From Promethearchaeota archaeon (GTDB lineage: Archaea; Asgardarchaeota; Lokiarchaeia; Sigyniarchaeales; SOKP01): a DNA stretch of 39,985 bases. Location: contig JALGVJ010000032.1 in assembly GCA_029838195.1 (NCBI GenBank), forward strand, positions 1-39,985. The letters run 5' to 3'. Under the pieces are notes generated by a model. The model was not told the DNA's origin and searched no databases. It saw only the letters and a list, made by a program, of their open reading frames with translations. The translations under genes and the position numbers were made by a program. This document shows positions 1-9,656 of this stretch, piece by piece (positions within the stretch are counted from its first letter, which is position 1; each line of letters starts with the position of its first letter).

Positions 1-113
1 CGTGATTTTCCGAAAGGGCGACGAAATCAGATGTGATATAATTGAGAGTTTTGTCGGCATGAGATTTAAAAAACTTAAAAAGCAAGCCAAATTATAAACT
101 TAAAAACACCCTC
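1..113. repeat. Left copy of window-terminal inverted repeat
   Basis: 1-113 aligns ungapped with the reverse complement of 39872-39984; 10 mismatches (positions 14,15,27,36,47,58,82,88,90,107). Confidence 0.95.
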
Positions 114-444
114 ATAAAAATTCCTTCATAAAAATATTAAAATTATGTACCTTAATACGAGAAAAAGAGATAAAACTTAATATATCTTACTTATCCTTAT
201 GATTAAGAAAAAGATTATAAAAAAATATCTTCCAAGAATTTATCTTTTTTAAAATTTTTCTTTAAATTTTTATTTTTCCATGATACATGATTCATTAAGG
301 AAGGAGCAATTTTAATTAACATGAATCTTACTGGAACGAAACCGGATTCTCCAATAATTATTATTTTTCTTTTTTTATTGAAAACTTTAGAATCTATTTT
401 CATTTCAATTGAGCCCATTTTTGATTGTCTAAAATTGATGGAAA

Positions 445-505
445 TTTAAAGGTCATTTATCGATAACCGACAAAAATTCACTCAATCCCGTCTCAAGTCA
501 TGGCG
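445..505 (+). repeat. Degenerate internal copy of the terminal-repeat core
   Basis: TTTAAA-ggTCATT-(9-nt insert)-CCGACAAAA-attca-CTCAAT resembles the right-end TTTAAA-tcTCATT-CCGACAAAA-cc-CTCAAT; CGAC at 468-471 is followed after 30 nt by GGCG. Confidence 0.55.
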
Positions 506-824
506 GATTAATTCATAGAAGTTATATCCCACAATAATGATTATTTTCATGCCCTTTCAGCATGAGAATGTTTTAACCCGCTGTAGAACGGGGTCACTCG
601 CTTTTCGACAAGATTCAAGGGGGGACAGATACGTTTTCCGTCGGGGGATCTTTAAAGATTTTTAAGATTCAGTTAAAAATAAAAAATTAACACTCCTCTA
701 AATTAGTAATAACGGAAATGAATAGGAAATAAATTTAAAATAGAAAACATGCATTATAGAGAAATATATTGCTATTTCAATTATAATGAAAATGAATTAA
801 ATTTAGCCACGAGGTTTCTTTTTA

Positions 825-3083
825 ATGAAAGACGCTGAATTAAAAATAATCAGAACGGCATGTCCGGCTCATTGTGGCATTGATTGCTGTGGTATTTTAG
901 CTCACGTGAAAGATGGAAGAATTATAAAAGTAGAACCGGCAGATTTTCCGAATGAAAGAGACAAAAGAATATGCTTGAGAGGTTTAGCAAGTATAGATAT
1001 TACATATCATCCTGATAGGTTAAAATATCCTTTAAAACGCGTGGGAGCGCGAGGGGAAGGAAAATTTGAACGCATTTCGTGGGAGGAGGCATATGACATC
1101 ATCATCCAAAATTTTCGTAAAATAGCGGACAAACATGGATGGCGATCGATAGGATGGGTCTTAGGAGGGCCGGGAGCAGGTACCACGAAATTTGGGGCAT
1201 ATTTGAGAATTGCAAGCTTAACACAATCAACTCGAGTAAGTGCGTGGGGATACGGCGATGCAGGCCTCCCTTGTGGAAGCCGAATCATTTTTGGCAGTCA
1301 TTTTCCCTATATTTACTTGTTTGGAAAATTCTGGCAGAGACAATACCCCGATCTATTAATCGTGTGGGGCACGAATCCTGCCGAGAGCATGCCCTTACAG
1401 ACCATGAGAAAAATATTAGAAGCTCGAGAAATCGGCACGCAAGTCGTCGTGATTGATCCCAGGTTCACGGTAACTGCCTCAAAAGCAGATGAATATATCG
1501 GACTGAAGCCTTCAACGGATAGCGCACTTGCTTTAGGATTAATGAACGTGATTTTTGAAAAAAATCTTCATGACGTGGATTTTATTCGACAGCATACCAA
1601 TGGACCGTATTTAGTGAGGTTGGACAATGGAAAACTCTTAAGAGGTAAGGATATAGGCGAGAAAAAAGCGAATGCCTATATCATCTGGGATGAAAAAAGC
1701 GATAGTGCTAAAAAGGTTCGAAGAAGCAACGTGATGGACGCCCGCCTAACAAGAGAGTTCGAAATTAATGGAATAAAATGCAAACCAGTATTACAACTCC
1801 TCATGGACCTTGCAAAAGAATACACGCCAGAAAAAACAGAAGAAATCACGGGTGTACCTGCCTCATTGATCAGAAAATTAGGAGAAAAAATCGGTTTGAC
1901 AAAAAATACCACGTTCTATACTTACATGGGATTTACTCGAACATATCATGGAGACATCTCATTAAGGAGCATGGCAACCGTAGCAAGCATTACCGGAAAC
2001 GTGTCCACGTCATTTACTTCGGGATACGTGCCCGCTGTTCTTAATTGGGATCCCTTTTTAAAAGCCGTTCCGGACAAGCCCTCTTTCCATCGATTAGGTA
2101 TTTTAAACCTTTATGATGCCGTGATTTCGGGAAAACCCTATCCCATTCGGGCAGCATGGTTTGCCTTTATCAATTTTTTGAATCAATGTGTTAATTGTAA
2201 TAAACTAATAAAGGAATTTTATCCTAAATTAGAATTCATAGTTCAAACGGAATTATTCATGACACCCAGTGCTCGATATGCTGACATAGTGCTTCCCGTT
2301 TGTTCTTTCTATGAGTTTTCCGATTTTCTCCCCCATCCTTATCCCTACCTTCAATTACAGCAAAAAATTATTGAACCTTTATACGAATCAAAATCCGATG
2401 TGACCATCGTTAAAGAACTCGCAGAAAGAATGGGTTTTGGAGAATATTTTAAAGGAGGCGAAGAAGGAATGATCGACTTAATCATGGATCATCCTTCTTT
2501 AGAAGGAATTACTCGGGAAACATTAAAAAATTCAGCAAAATTATTGAGAGAACTTCCCGAAGGAAGTAACTTTCCCCTAAATTTCTCCACTCCTTCGGGA
2601 AAAATTGAACTATATGCGGAACAGTTAGTAGAAGATGGCCAAGCTTTACCTGTTTATTTGGAACCAATCGAAGCACCGATTGGCTCAAAAAAGACAAAAT
2701 ATCCATTAACCTTCATTCAAGGCCACACGCGCTACAGAACTCATTCCATGTTTGCAAACGTGTCCCCCATTAAAGACCTTTCTTCAGAACCTTTCGTGGA
2801 GATAAATCCCATTGATGCGGTGGCTCGAAACATTCAAGATGGTGATGAGGTAATTGTTTTTAATGATAGAGGCCGGATGATATTAAAAGCGAAGCTCACT
2901 GAAAGCGTCGGCCCGGGAGTTATAAATATAACAGAAGGATGGTGGATCGATCAATTCAAAAAAGGAAGCGTCAATCATTTAACTCACGATATCATTAATC
3001 CCGTACAAAATAAAATCTATGAACCCAACATGCACATGAATGATGTGGCGGTAGAAATAATTAAAAAGGAGGAAGGAGTTTAA
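825..3083 (+). CDS. Molybdopterin (Mo/W-bisPGD) oxidoreductase catalytic subunit, DMSO reductase superfamily
   Basis: N-terminal Fe-S motif CPAHCGIDCC...ICLRG, RLKYPLKRVG, WGTNPAES, VIDPRFT, YADIVLP, TPSGKIE, C-terminal RTHSMF...INPIDA dinucleotide-binding domain; GAGGT upstream of the ATG. Confidence 0.93.
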   Translation: MKDAELKIIRTACPAHCGIDCCGILAHVKDGRIIKVEPADFPNERDKRICLRGLASIDITYHPDRLKYPLKRVGARGEGKFERISWEEAYDIIIQNFRKIADKHGWRSIGWVLGGPGAGTTKFGAYLRIASLTQSTRVSAWGYGDAGLPCGSRIIFGSHFPYIYLFGKFWQRQYPDLLIVWGTNPAESMPLQTMRKILEAREIGTQVVVIDPRFTVTASKADEYIGLKPSTDSALALGLMNVIFEKNLHDVDFIRQHTNGPYLVRLDNGKLLRGKDIGEKKANAYIIWDEKSDSAKKVRRSNVMDARLTREFEINGIKCKPVLQLLMDLAKEYTPEKTEEITGVPASLIRKLGEKIGLTKNTTFYTYMGFTRTYHGDISLRSMATVASITGNVSTSFTSGYVPAVLNWDPFLKAVPDKPSFHRLGILNLYDAVISGKPYPIRAAWFAFINFLNQCVNCNKLIKEFYPKLEFIVQTELFMTPSARYADIVLPVCSFYEFSDFLPHPYPYLQLQQKIIEPLYESKSDVTIVKELAERMGFGEYFKGGEEGMIDLIMDHPSLEGITRETLKNSAKLLRELPEGSNFPLNFSTPSGKIELYAEQLVEDGQALPVYLEPIEAPIGSKKTKYPLTFIQGHTRYRTHSMFANVSPIKDLSSEPFVEINPIDAVARNIQDGDEVIVFNDRGRMILKAKLTESVGPGVINITEGWWIDQFKKGSVNHLTHDIINPVQNKIYEPNMHMNDVAVEIIKKEEGV

Positions 3084-3085
3084 AA

Positions 3086-3664
3086 ATGAAAAAGAAATTT
3101 GTCATGATCATAGATCAAAACAGGTGTATCGGCTGCGATTGCTGCACGATCGCCTGCATAAAAGAAAATAATACTCCTTATCATTGGATCGAAGTAGAAA
3201 CCTTAAATACTCCTAACAAAGACACACCACAAGGGAAATTTCCCGAACTCACCATGGACTTTTTACCCAAGCTTTGCAATCATTGTAGCAATCCTCCATG
3301 CGTTTCAGCCTGTCCGGTGGATGCAATTCAAAAAAGGGAAGACGGAATTGTTGTCATCCTTAAAGAACATTGTGACGGTTGCCAATTATGCCTGAATGCT
3401 TGTCCTTACGGAATCATTAAATTCAATGATGTGATGAGCGTTGCCGAAAAATGCAATTTTTGCGTGCACCGTGTAGAACAAGGTCTTGAACCGTTTTGCG
3501 TGACTTGCTGTGAGGGGCAGGCGATCTATTTTGGGGATATAAACGATAAAGAATGTAAGATTTCTCAATTACTTGTTGAATTAAAAACATTTGTTCTCTT
3601 GCCCGAAAAAGGAACGGATCCCAACGTGTATTACATTCCTCCGCGACCAAGAAAAAGATTTTGA
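3086..3664 (+). CDS. Four-cluster [4Fe-4S] electron-transfer subunit (DmsB/NrfC-like)
   Basis: CIGCDCCTIAC, CNHCSNPPCVSACP, CDGCQLCLNACPY, KCNFC...PFCVTCC; begins 2 nt after the catalytic-subunit stop. Confidence 0.93.
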   Translation: MKKKFVMIIDQNRCIGCDCCTIACIKENNTPYHWIEVETLNTPNKDTPQGKFPELTMDFLPKLCNHCSNPPCVSACPVDAIQKREDGIVVILKEHCDGCQLCLNACPYGIIKFNDVMSVAEKCNFCVHRVEQGLEPFCVTCCEGQAIYFGDINDKECKISQLLVELKTFVLLPEKGTDPNVYYIPPRPRKRF

Positions 3665-4107
3665 ATCTTTTTTTTAATAACTCTTTTTATTTTACAATTA
3701 TCCTTTTTCTCGGTGTTATATCGATTAGATCATTTAATACTTCCTTGAAAAGGATGGTATTTTATACCTAATAATTATTGAGCACGATTTTTAAGTAGTT
3801 TAATATCAAATTATCTTTCTCTCGCTATTCTTGATAATAAAATTCGCCCTATTTGGCCTAAAAACTCGAGAAAAGTTAAAGATAACCCTTCACCAAAATT
3901 ATCAGTTCTTCTTAGAAAGAAAATTCCCAACACACGGCGACCACTTCATGCTTTAAATTAGTACAGATTTTCGAAATTTTGGGATATTAATTGTTTTTAC
4001 CAGCTTGGATGTTATTTCTTTTTTCGCTTTTGGTTATAAAAGAATCCAGTTTAATCACCAAAAAAAGAGATCCCGAATCACCAAAAAGGATTAAATCATT
4101 AATTATT

Positions 4108-5241
4108 CTATAGACGAGCTAAATAAGAACTCAGTCTTCCAATTTGAATTTTTAGAGATAAGTAGGTCCTCCATTTCGAACGATAAAGTGCTCTTAATAG
4201 AAACCACACCATGATAATTGTCAGAAAGATGGGAAACCATATTTCTGTCGCTTGAAATCGACCCAAGAATAAAAAAAATAAAATATTATGGGCAAGATAC
4301 ACGGTCAATGAATAATATGAAAAGTAAAACAAAAATCTACCATTCTTTTCATTATCAAACGCTCCTGCCTCTTCGAGCACTAACAAGCTCGTACTCAATA
4401 AAAGTAAAATGCCAAAGGTATACACGAACCAAGAAAAACTTCGACTAATCAAAAAATCGGGAAAATTAAATAACTCCGTACCGTGCCCATAGATATCTCC
4501 TAACCGCAATTGAAATACCATGCCAAAGAGTAATAAACAAGGGGCAATGAAGAGCGAAGGATATAGAATTTTTATCTTTAAGCTTTCCCTCCTCTCGAGA
4601 ATATCTTCATTATTATAAATACCATGAAGTAAATCTCCAATGATAGTGCCCAATAGAAAGAACGGAAAAAAACCTAGTATGAAATCCAAATCTAAAGAAT
4701 TATAGAGAAGGTAAAAAAGTATTCCTCGCATGCTTTTCTCGTTCTGATAAGGTAATAAGTAGATTAATAAGATTTGGTTTCCAATGAGAACAAGGATAAT
4801 GACGAGGATCCGGGTAATGATCGATTTGTTCAATAAGGGCCACGTTAAAAATAAAGAAACCGCAATCGTCAATAAAACGAACCAACTCCAGATTTTTCTC
4901 ATATCCCCGTAAAAAAAAGCCACCACCAAGTTATACGCCATGGCCAGGCCAAATATTAAAAAAGCCCGAATGAAATATTCTTTTCTAATGATATTATTAC
5001 TATTAAAATCCTCTAAAATCTTTGATTTTTCTTGCCGATTCCGCACGGAAAAACACGTACTAATCCCTGAAATAAAAATGAAAGCGGACGCCCCAATAGG
5101 GTCAAATATTGCAAAAAGTAAATGCGCAATGTACATGTCCTCTTCCGCCATCCACCACCCACTTAAATGCCCAATGAACATCCATAACATGCTTAAACCG
5201 CGAATGGTATCAATAGTTTTTATTCTCTTAATGGGCCCCAT
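4108..5241 (-). CDS. Polytopic membrane acyltransferase-like protein (DUF1624/HGSNAT-domain type)
   Basis: N-terminal RIKTIDTIRGLSMLWMFIGH, FIFISGIS, SYYSLTVYLAH; about 9-10 hydrophobic segments. Confidence 0.75.
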   Translation of the reverse strand: MGPIKRIKTIDTIRGLSMLWMFIGHLSGWWMAEEDMYIAHLLFAIFDPIGASAFIFISGISTCFSVRNRQEKSKILEDFNSNNIIRKEYFIRAFLIFGLAMAYNLVVAFFYGDMRKIWSWFVLLTIAVSLFLTWPLLNKSIITRILVIILVLIGNQILLIYLLPYQNEKSMRGILFYLLYNSLDLDFILGFFPFFLLGTIIGDLLHGIYNNEDILERRESLKIKILYPSLFIAPCLLLFGMVFQLRLGDIYGHGTELFNFPDFLISRSFSWFVYTFGILLLLSTSLLVLEEAGAFDNEKNGRFLFYFSYYSLTVYLAHNILFFLFLGRFQATEIWFPIFLTIIMVWFLLRALYRSKWRTYLSLKIQIGRLSSYLARL

Positions 5242-5481
5242 GAGCTTTTTTGTTTCATAATATTATTTTACTTACCATTTGGTTTATCAATATCTTCTAA
5301 TGAATAATTAAATCTTTCATGATAAAAAAGAACTGCATTTCATGAATGGTGCTTAATTAATGGAAATTATAATTAAAAATAAAAACTTGTAATCTAAAAA
5401 AATAGCAATATCCAAAATAAAAAGAAAGAAAAAAAATGAAAAAATAAAGGGAAAATTAAAGGATGAAATAAAAATAAAAAT

Positions 5482-5766
5482 TTATAAACCAAATAACAAA
5501 ATATTTTCAATAATATCATGAAACTTTTCTAAATTTTTCTCCCCAATCGCTTTATCTATATTGGTTTTTAAACTCAGGAGAGTACTTAACCCCTTTACAA
5601 CCGTGTTCTGGATAAAGCTATTAAATTGAGATTTCTCTAAATTCTTCTGCTTGAAATATTCCACCCGTTTCAACATTGCATCCATGTGTTCCTTCGCCGT
5701 GTTCGTCCTTAACTCCGTTAATTGTCTTATTTTTAACCCATCCTTCTCTATTATCTTTTGCGACAC
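5482..5766 (-). CDS. Hypothetical helical protein, probably co-transcribed with tes
   Basis: 94-aa ORF starting 18 nt after the tes stop, with an AGGTGA Shine-Dalgarno-like sequence upstream. Confidence 0.7.
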   Translation of the reverse strand: MSQKIIEKDGLKIRQLTELRTNTAKEHMDAMLKRVEYFKQKNLEKSQFNSFIQNTVVKGLSTLLSLKTNIDKAIGEKNLEKFHDIIENILLFGL

Positions 5767-5784
5767 GTTTTCTTCACCTTTACC

Positions 5785-7512
5785 TTATTTCTTTTTCTTT
5801 TCTCCTCCATTTCTCGCAACTTCTATCTCAACATTTAATTGCCCCGTGGTCGTGTCAAATTCACTCTTAATTTTCTCCGTGGCTTCCATCTTTATGATAT
5901 TCTCTATGATAGGACGATGGAGAGTATTCATCGTACAGAAAGGAATCTCTCTCACGGAACCATCCGGCATGGCAACTCCAAAATGTACTATACATCGTTT
6001 AACCCGATCAAGATCCATGTTATATGCATCCTGGAAATGCATGGAAGAGAGGAGTAGCGTGCCGTGAGTGAAGGAACTAATGCTCTCCCAATCGCCATTC
6101 AATAATAACCTGCTAAACATTTCCATTAACTTGCCGGGCTTCTTGGTGTATTGTAAAATTCCAAGCAAGAATCGTGCCCTCAATTGGGTCTTGTCAAGAA
6201 ATTGTAAGCCTTTATCTAAGGTTTTTCCAAAATCGCCCAGAATCCCCTCAAAGAATCTAATGGGCTCTTTCTCCCGATGCTTAATCCTCTCCCAAAATCG
6301 ATTGCTAAAATCTACAATCTTCAAGGGATCAAAATAATCCGTAATGGGTACCATCTTATTGCTGTCAGGCTCCGTGACCATATAGGTGGCAAAACCACAA
6401 TCCGGATGACACGTGAATTCGACGGGTTCTACATCTGCTAAGTAAGCAATTGCTCTCCCGAATTCCACTATCGTTGTTAGCGGATACCACGCATCGTCCA
6501 TACTAATAGCTCCACCTGTTTGACGCTCAATTTCCTTAATTACATCCGCATTGGTAATTCTCAAATCCTCCATTTCCTCCACTGTAATCCTTCCGCACAA
6601 TGATACGGGCTGAAAAGTAATTCCGCGCACCACGTCAATGTTGTCTAAGGCAAACTGAATGATGTTTCCGATTTCAATGTCCGTAATGCCCTTAACTACG
6701 GTGGCTACTAAATTAATGGAGGACAATCCCACTTTCCGGCAATTTTCCACCACCCGCATTTTGTATTCCATGAGATTCTTAATACCCCGCACTTTTTCGA
6801 GCGTGGCGTTATTGATGCCATCAAATTGCAAGTATAACGTGTCCAAACCCATTTCATATACTTTTTTCGTCCACTCTAATCCCCCGTTCTTTCTTTGGAA
6901 TCCATAGCCATTGGTAGCCACGATGACTTCTTTAAATCCTTTATCTTTTGCCATTTTGCAGATCTCAGGAAAATCTTTTCTGACGGTGGGTTCCCCGCCC
7001 GAGAACATGATGGCGGGAGGTGGTATGGGCTTATTTCTGAAGTGGTCCATGATTCTCTCAATTTCTTCGAGACTGGGTTCAATCCAATAGCCAGATTGCT
7101 TAACATTAGCAAAGCAGAAATGGCAGTTGAAATTACAGCGATTGGTTAAATCAATTAAGGCGAGTGAGCACGTGGATAAATGTTCTTGACAGAGGCCGCA
7201 ATTATAAGGGCAGCCTCTGGGGTCATCACCGATTAAATCTGGAGGATTTGCTTCACCATTTTTCAGAAATTGCCAGATAATTTTCCCGTTTTTGTCTTTT
7301 CTTTTATAATGAGTCCACTTGTAGTATTTTGAGCTAGAAGATATTTTATCTTTAAATTCTCCGTGTTCATTGCATTTTTTTTTCATCCAGATTTCGCCAT
7401 TTTCTTCGACGACTTCGGCGGGGATTCTTTCGAGGCATTCAGGGCAAACACTGAAGGTTTTTCGGTAGTAAGGCGTGTTTAAATATTCTTCTTCACTATC
7501 GAGATGATACAT
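5785..7512 (-). CDS. tes: Radical SAM tetraether lipid synthase (Tes/GDGT-MAS, MJ0619 family)
   Basis: Family-diagnostic cysteine sets: SVCPEC...KKCNEHG, GCPYNCGLCQEH, radical SAM CNFNCHFC, FSGGEPT, YLQFDG, FTCHPDCG, HFQDAYNMDLDRVKRC, IPFCTMN. Confidence 0.88.
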   Translation of the reverse strand: MYHLDSEEEYLNTPYYRKTFSVCPECLERIPAEVVEENGEIWMKKKCNEHGEFKDKISSSSKYYKWTHYKRKDKNGKIIWQFLKNGEANPPDLIGDDPRGCPYNCGLCQEHLSTCSLALIDLTNRCNFNCHFCFANVKQSGYWIEPSLEEIERIMDHFRNKPIPPPAIMFSGGEPTVRKDFPEICKMAKDKGFKEVIVATNGYGFQRKNGGLEWTKKVYEMGLDTLYLQFDGINNATLEKVRGIKNLMEYKMRVVENCRKVGLSSINLVATVVKGITDIEIGNIIQFALDNIDVVRGITFQPVSLCGRITVEEMEDLRITNADVIKEIERQTGGAISMDDAWYPLTTIVEFGRAIAYLADVEPVEFTCHPDCGFATYMVTEPDSNKMVPITDYFDPLKIVDFSNRFWERIKHREKEPIRFFEGILGDFGKTLDKGLQFLDKTQLRARFLLGILQYTKKPGKLMEMFSRLLLNGDWESISSFTHGTLLLSSMHFQDAYNMDLDRVKRCIVHFGVAMPDGSVREIPFCTMNTLHRPIIENIIKMEATEKIKSEFDTTTGQLNVEIEVARNGGEKKKK

Positions 7513-8054
7513 TATTAAGTTCCACCATAAATTTTAATAAATAATGTAATTATTCAACTTAAGCAGTGATTTATTTAAAAAGATATTCCAACTTATAATA
7601 ATATTATTATAATTAGGAAAGTTTTCTATTTAAAGATTAGGCGCCTTCTTTTTTAAAAATATGGGGGGCATTTAAATAGGAAGGATTCGTTTTTTCTAAT
7701 TCATGATGAGACGCGAGCGAGTTATTATAATTTTTTTTAAAGGTTCTAAAAAATTTGTTAAAGGTGATAAAACTCGGAGATTCAATACACCCTTTATGAA
7801 TTAGGTTTGAAATTTTGGGAATGGCTTTTAATTTTTTTATTCAAATTCGGGAATAATAGATAAATCCGCTTGAAAGAAAGATTAAACTCATGAAACTTGA
7901 AGAACATTCGCTTGTTAATTCCGAGTAAGCCTTTTTAGAAATGAAATTTAAACTATTTATATTACATGGCATCAAATTAAAATTAATAATTGCAGGTTCA
8001 AGTATGAATTCAGCATGATAAACATGAAAAAAGATACTATAGAGGGAGATTAAA

Positions 8055-9452
8055 ATGAGTAAAGATGAGGAGCTAAAACACGAGACTCATGGTTTTCTTG
8101 AAATTAATTCCTATAGTTTATCCCAAGGGCTTATTAATTTCAATACGGGTGCGTTTGGCGCCTACGTGTTCTTTTTCTACGAAACGGAGGTTTTATTGAA
8201 CGTGGTGTTGCTTGCGATTGTTTTCTCGATTTATAGCGTTTGGGATGCGATAAACGATCCTCTTTTGGGCAGTCTAATGGATAGGCCTTATAGATTTACT
8301 CGAAAATGGGGGCGTAGGTTTCCTTTTGTGGCGATGGCCATTTTTCCATGGGGTATTTTATACATTTTTTTGTTTACTCCACCAGCTGCGGATGTCATGG
8401 GAGGATGGTCAATTTTTATCTATTTGTTAATCATTTTAATTGCGTATGACATGTTCTACACGATTTGGGACGTATCTTCTGAAGCCTTATTTCCTTTTAA
8501 ATTTCGGGATTATAAGGAGCGTAGAAAAGTGTCGGGCACGAAAGCTTTTTGGGGAATCATTGGATTGGTTTTAGGAATGGTTGTTCCCCCGCTTTTCGTG
8601 GAGTATGGAAACAAGCAATCTTATATAACCCAAGCAATTATTTTGGGTATTATTGCCGTCATCGTGGGCGCTTTAATGTTGCCAGGGCACGTAGAAAGTA
8701 AGGAGATAATAGAAGAGTATCTTACAACATGGGAAATGCGGGGAAAGAGGGTGAGCTTCATTAAAGCTCTTGCTGAAACGTTAAAAAAGAAGAATTTCTT
8801 ATTGCTCATTTTATTGCATTTCACTTATACAATTTTGACAGGATTATTAATTGCTTCCTTGAATTATTTCATCAGGTATAATTTGAGAGAAGATCCGGAC
8901 GTGTTTCTCATTATCATGTTAGGTTACATCATCGTGAGCTTGAGCACCATTCCGCTCTGGATCAAAGTGTCTCATAAAATAAATGATAACAGGAAAATGA
9001 CGTTCATTGGTTCTATTGCAATGGCCTTAGCCACGTTGCCATTATTTTTTGCGAATTCGGTCCTCATAGCGGCCTTTATTGGAGCATTTATCGGGTTAGG
9101 AGGGGGGATTTATTTTGTCATGCAAGATGCGATTTTTGCCGATGTTTTAGATGAGAACGTGGTCTTGGATGGCGAACGTAGAGAAGGCACGTATTTTGGC
9201 GTGAAATTTTTCTTAGGGCGATTTGCCGGCGTTTTTCAATCATTCGTGTTAGCGTTCATTCACGTAACCACGGGATTTAATCCGGAGGTGGAAGAGCAAA
9301 CACCGTTGGCACTATTGGGAATTAGAATGCATTTAGCTCTCATTCCAGCAGTCGCCTTGCTTCTTGGAGCGATAATTTTTTATAAATGGTATGATTTGAC
9401 ACCTGATAAGATCAAATCCATTCGAGCAGAATTAATAGAATCCAAACTTTAA
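8055..9452 (+). CDS. MFS transporter, GPH/MelB (MFS_2) family
   Basis: WDAINDPLLG...KWGRRFPF, DVLDE...RREGTYFG; about 12 hydrophobic segments. Confidence 0.9.
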   Translation: MSKDEELKHETHGFLEINSYSLSQGLINFNTGAFGAYVFFFYETEVLLNVVLLAIVFSIYSVWDAINDPLLGSLMDRPYRFTRKWGRRFPFVAMAIFPWGILYIFLFTPPAADVMGGWSIFIYLLIILIAYDMFYTIWDVSSEALFPFKFRDYKERRKVSGTKAFWGIIGLVLGMVVPPLFVEYGNKQSYITQAIILGIIAVIVGALMLPGHVESKEIIEEYLTTWEMRGKRVSFIKALAETLKKKNFLLLILLHFTYTILTGLLIASLNYFIRYNLREDPDVFLIIMLGYIIVSLSTIPLWIKVSHKINDNRKMTFIGSIAMALATLPLFFANSVLIAAFIGAFIGLGGGIYFVMQDAIFADVLDENVVLDGERREGTYFGVKFFLGRFAGVFQSFVLAFIHVTTGFNPEVEEQTPLALLGIRMHLALIPAVALLLGAIIFYKWYDLTPDKIKSIRAELIESKL

Positions 9453-9656
9453 ATTTTCTTTATTTTTTATTTTTTTTTTCCCTTGATATAATCCATCTTA
9501 TAATTAAAGGAAAAAATTTTAGTGATTAGAAGCGAACTTTAGTTCGCAAGGAATTTTTTTTCCATTTTTTTGTTAGTTTACCATATAAAGTCTCGCGGTT
9601 CTTGAAAATCAATAAAGCATTAATAAAATAAAAAAAAGAATTAAAATTATTGAAAA

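Noticed and set aside
215-418. 67-aa minus-strand ORF
   Set aside because: Low-complexity K/I/F-rich translation of AT-rich DNA with no recognisable motif; probably spurious.
476-502. Minus-strand ATGA...TGA as a SECIS element
   Set aside because: The stem above the putative core is only about 5 bp, and no upstream gene with a plausible in-frame Sec codon was seen.
1-660. Terminal and internal repeats as a CRISPR array or integron attC array
   Set aside because: No identical direct repeats with regular spacers, no cas or integrase gene, and no RYYYAAC/GTTRRRY boxes recognised.
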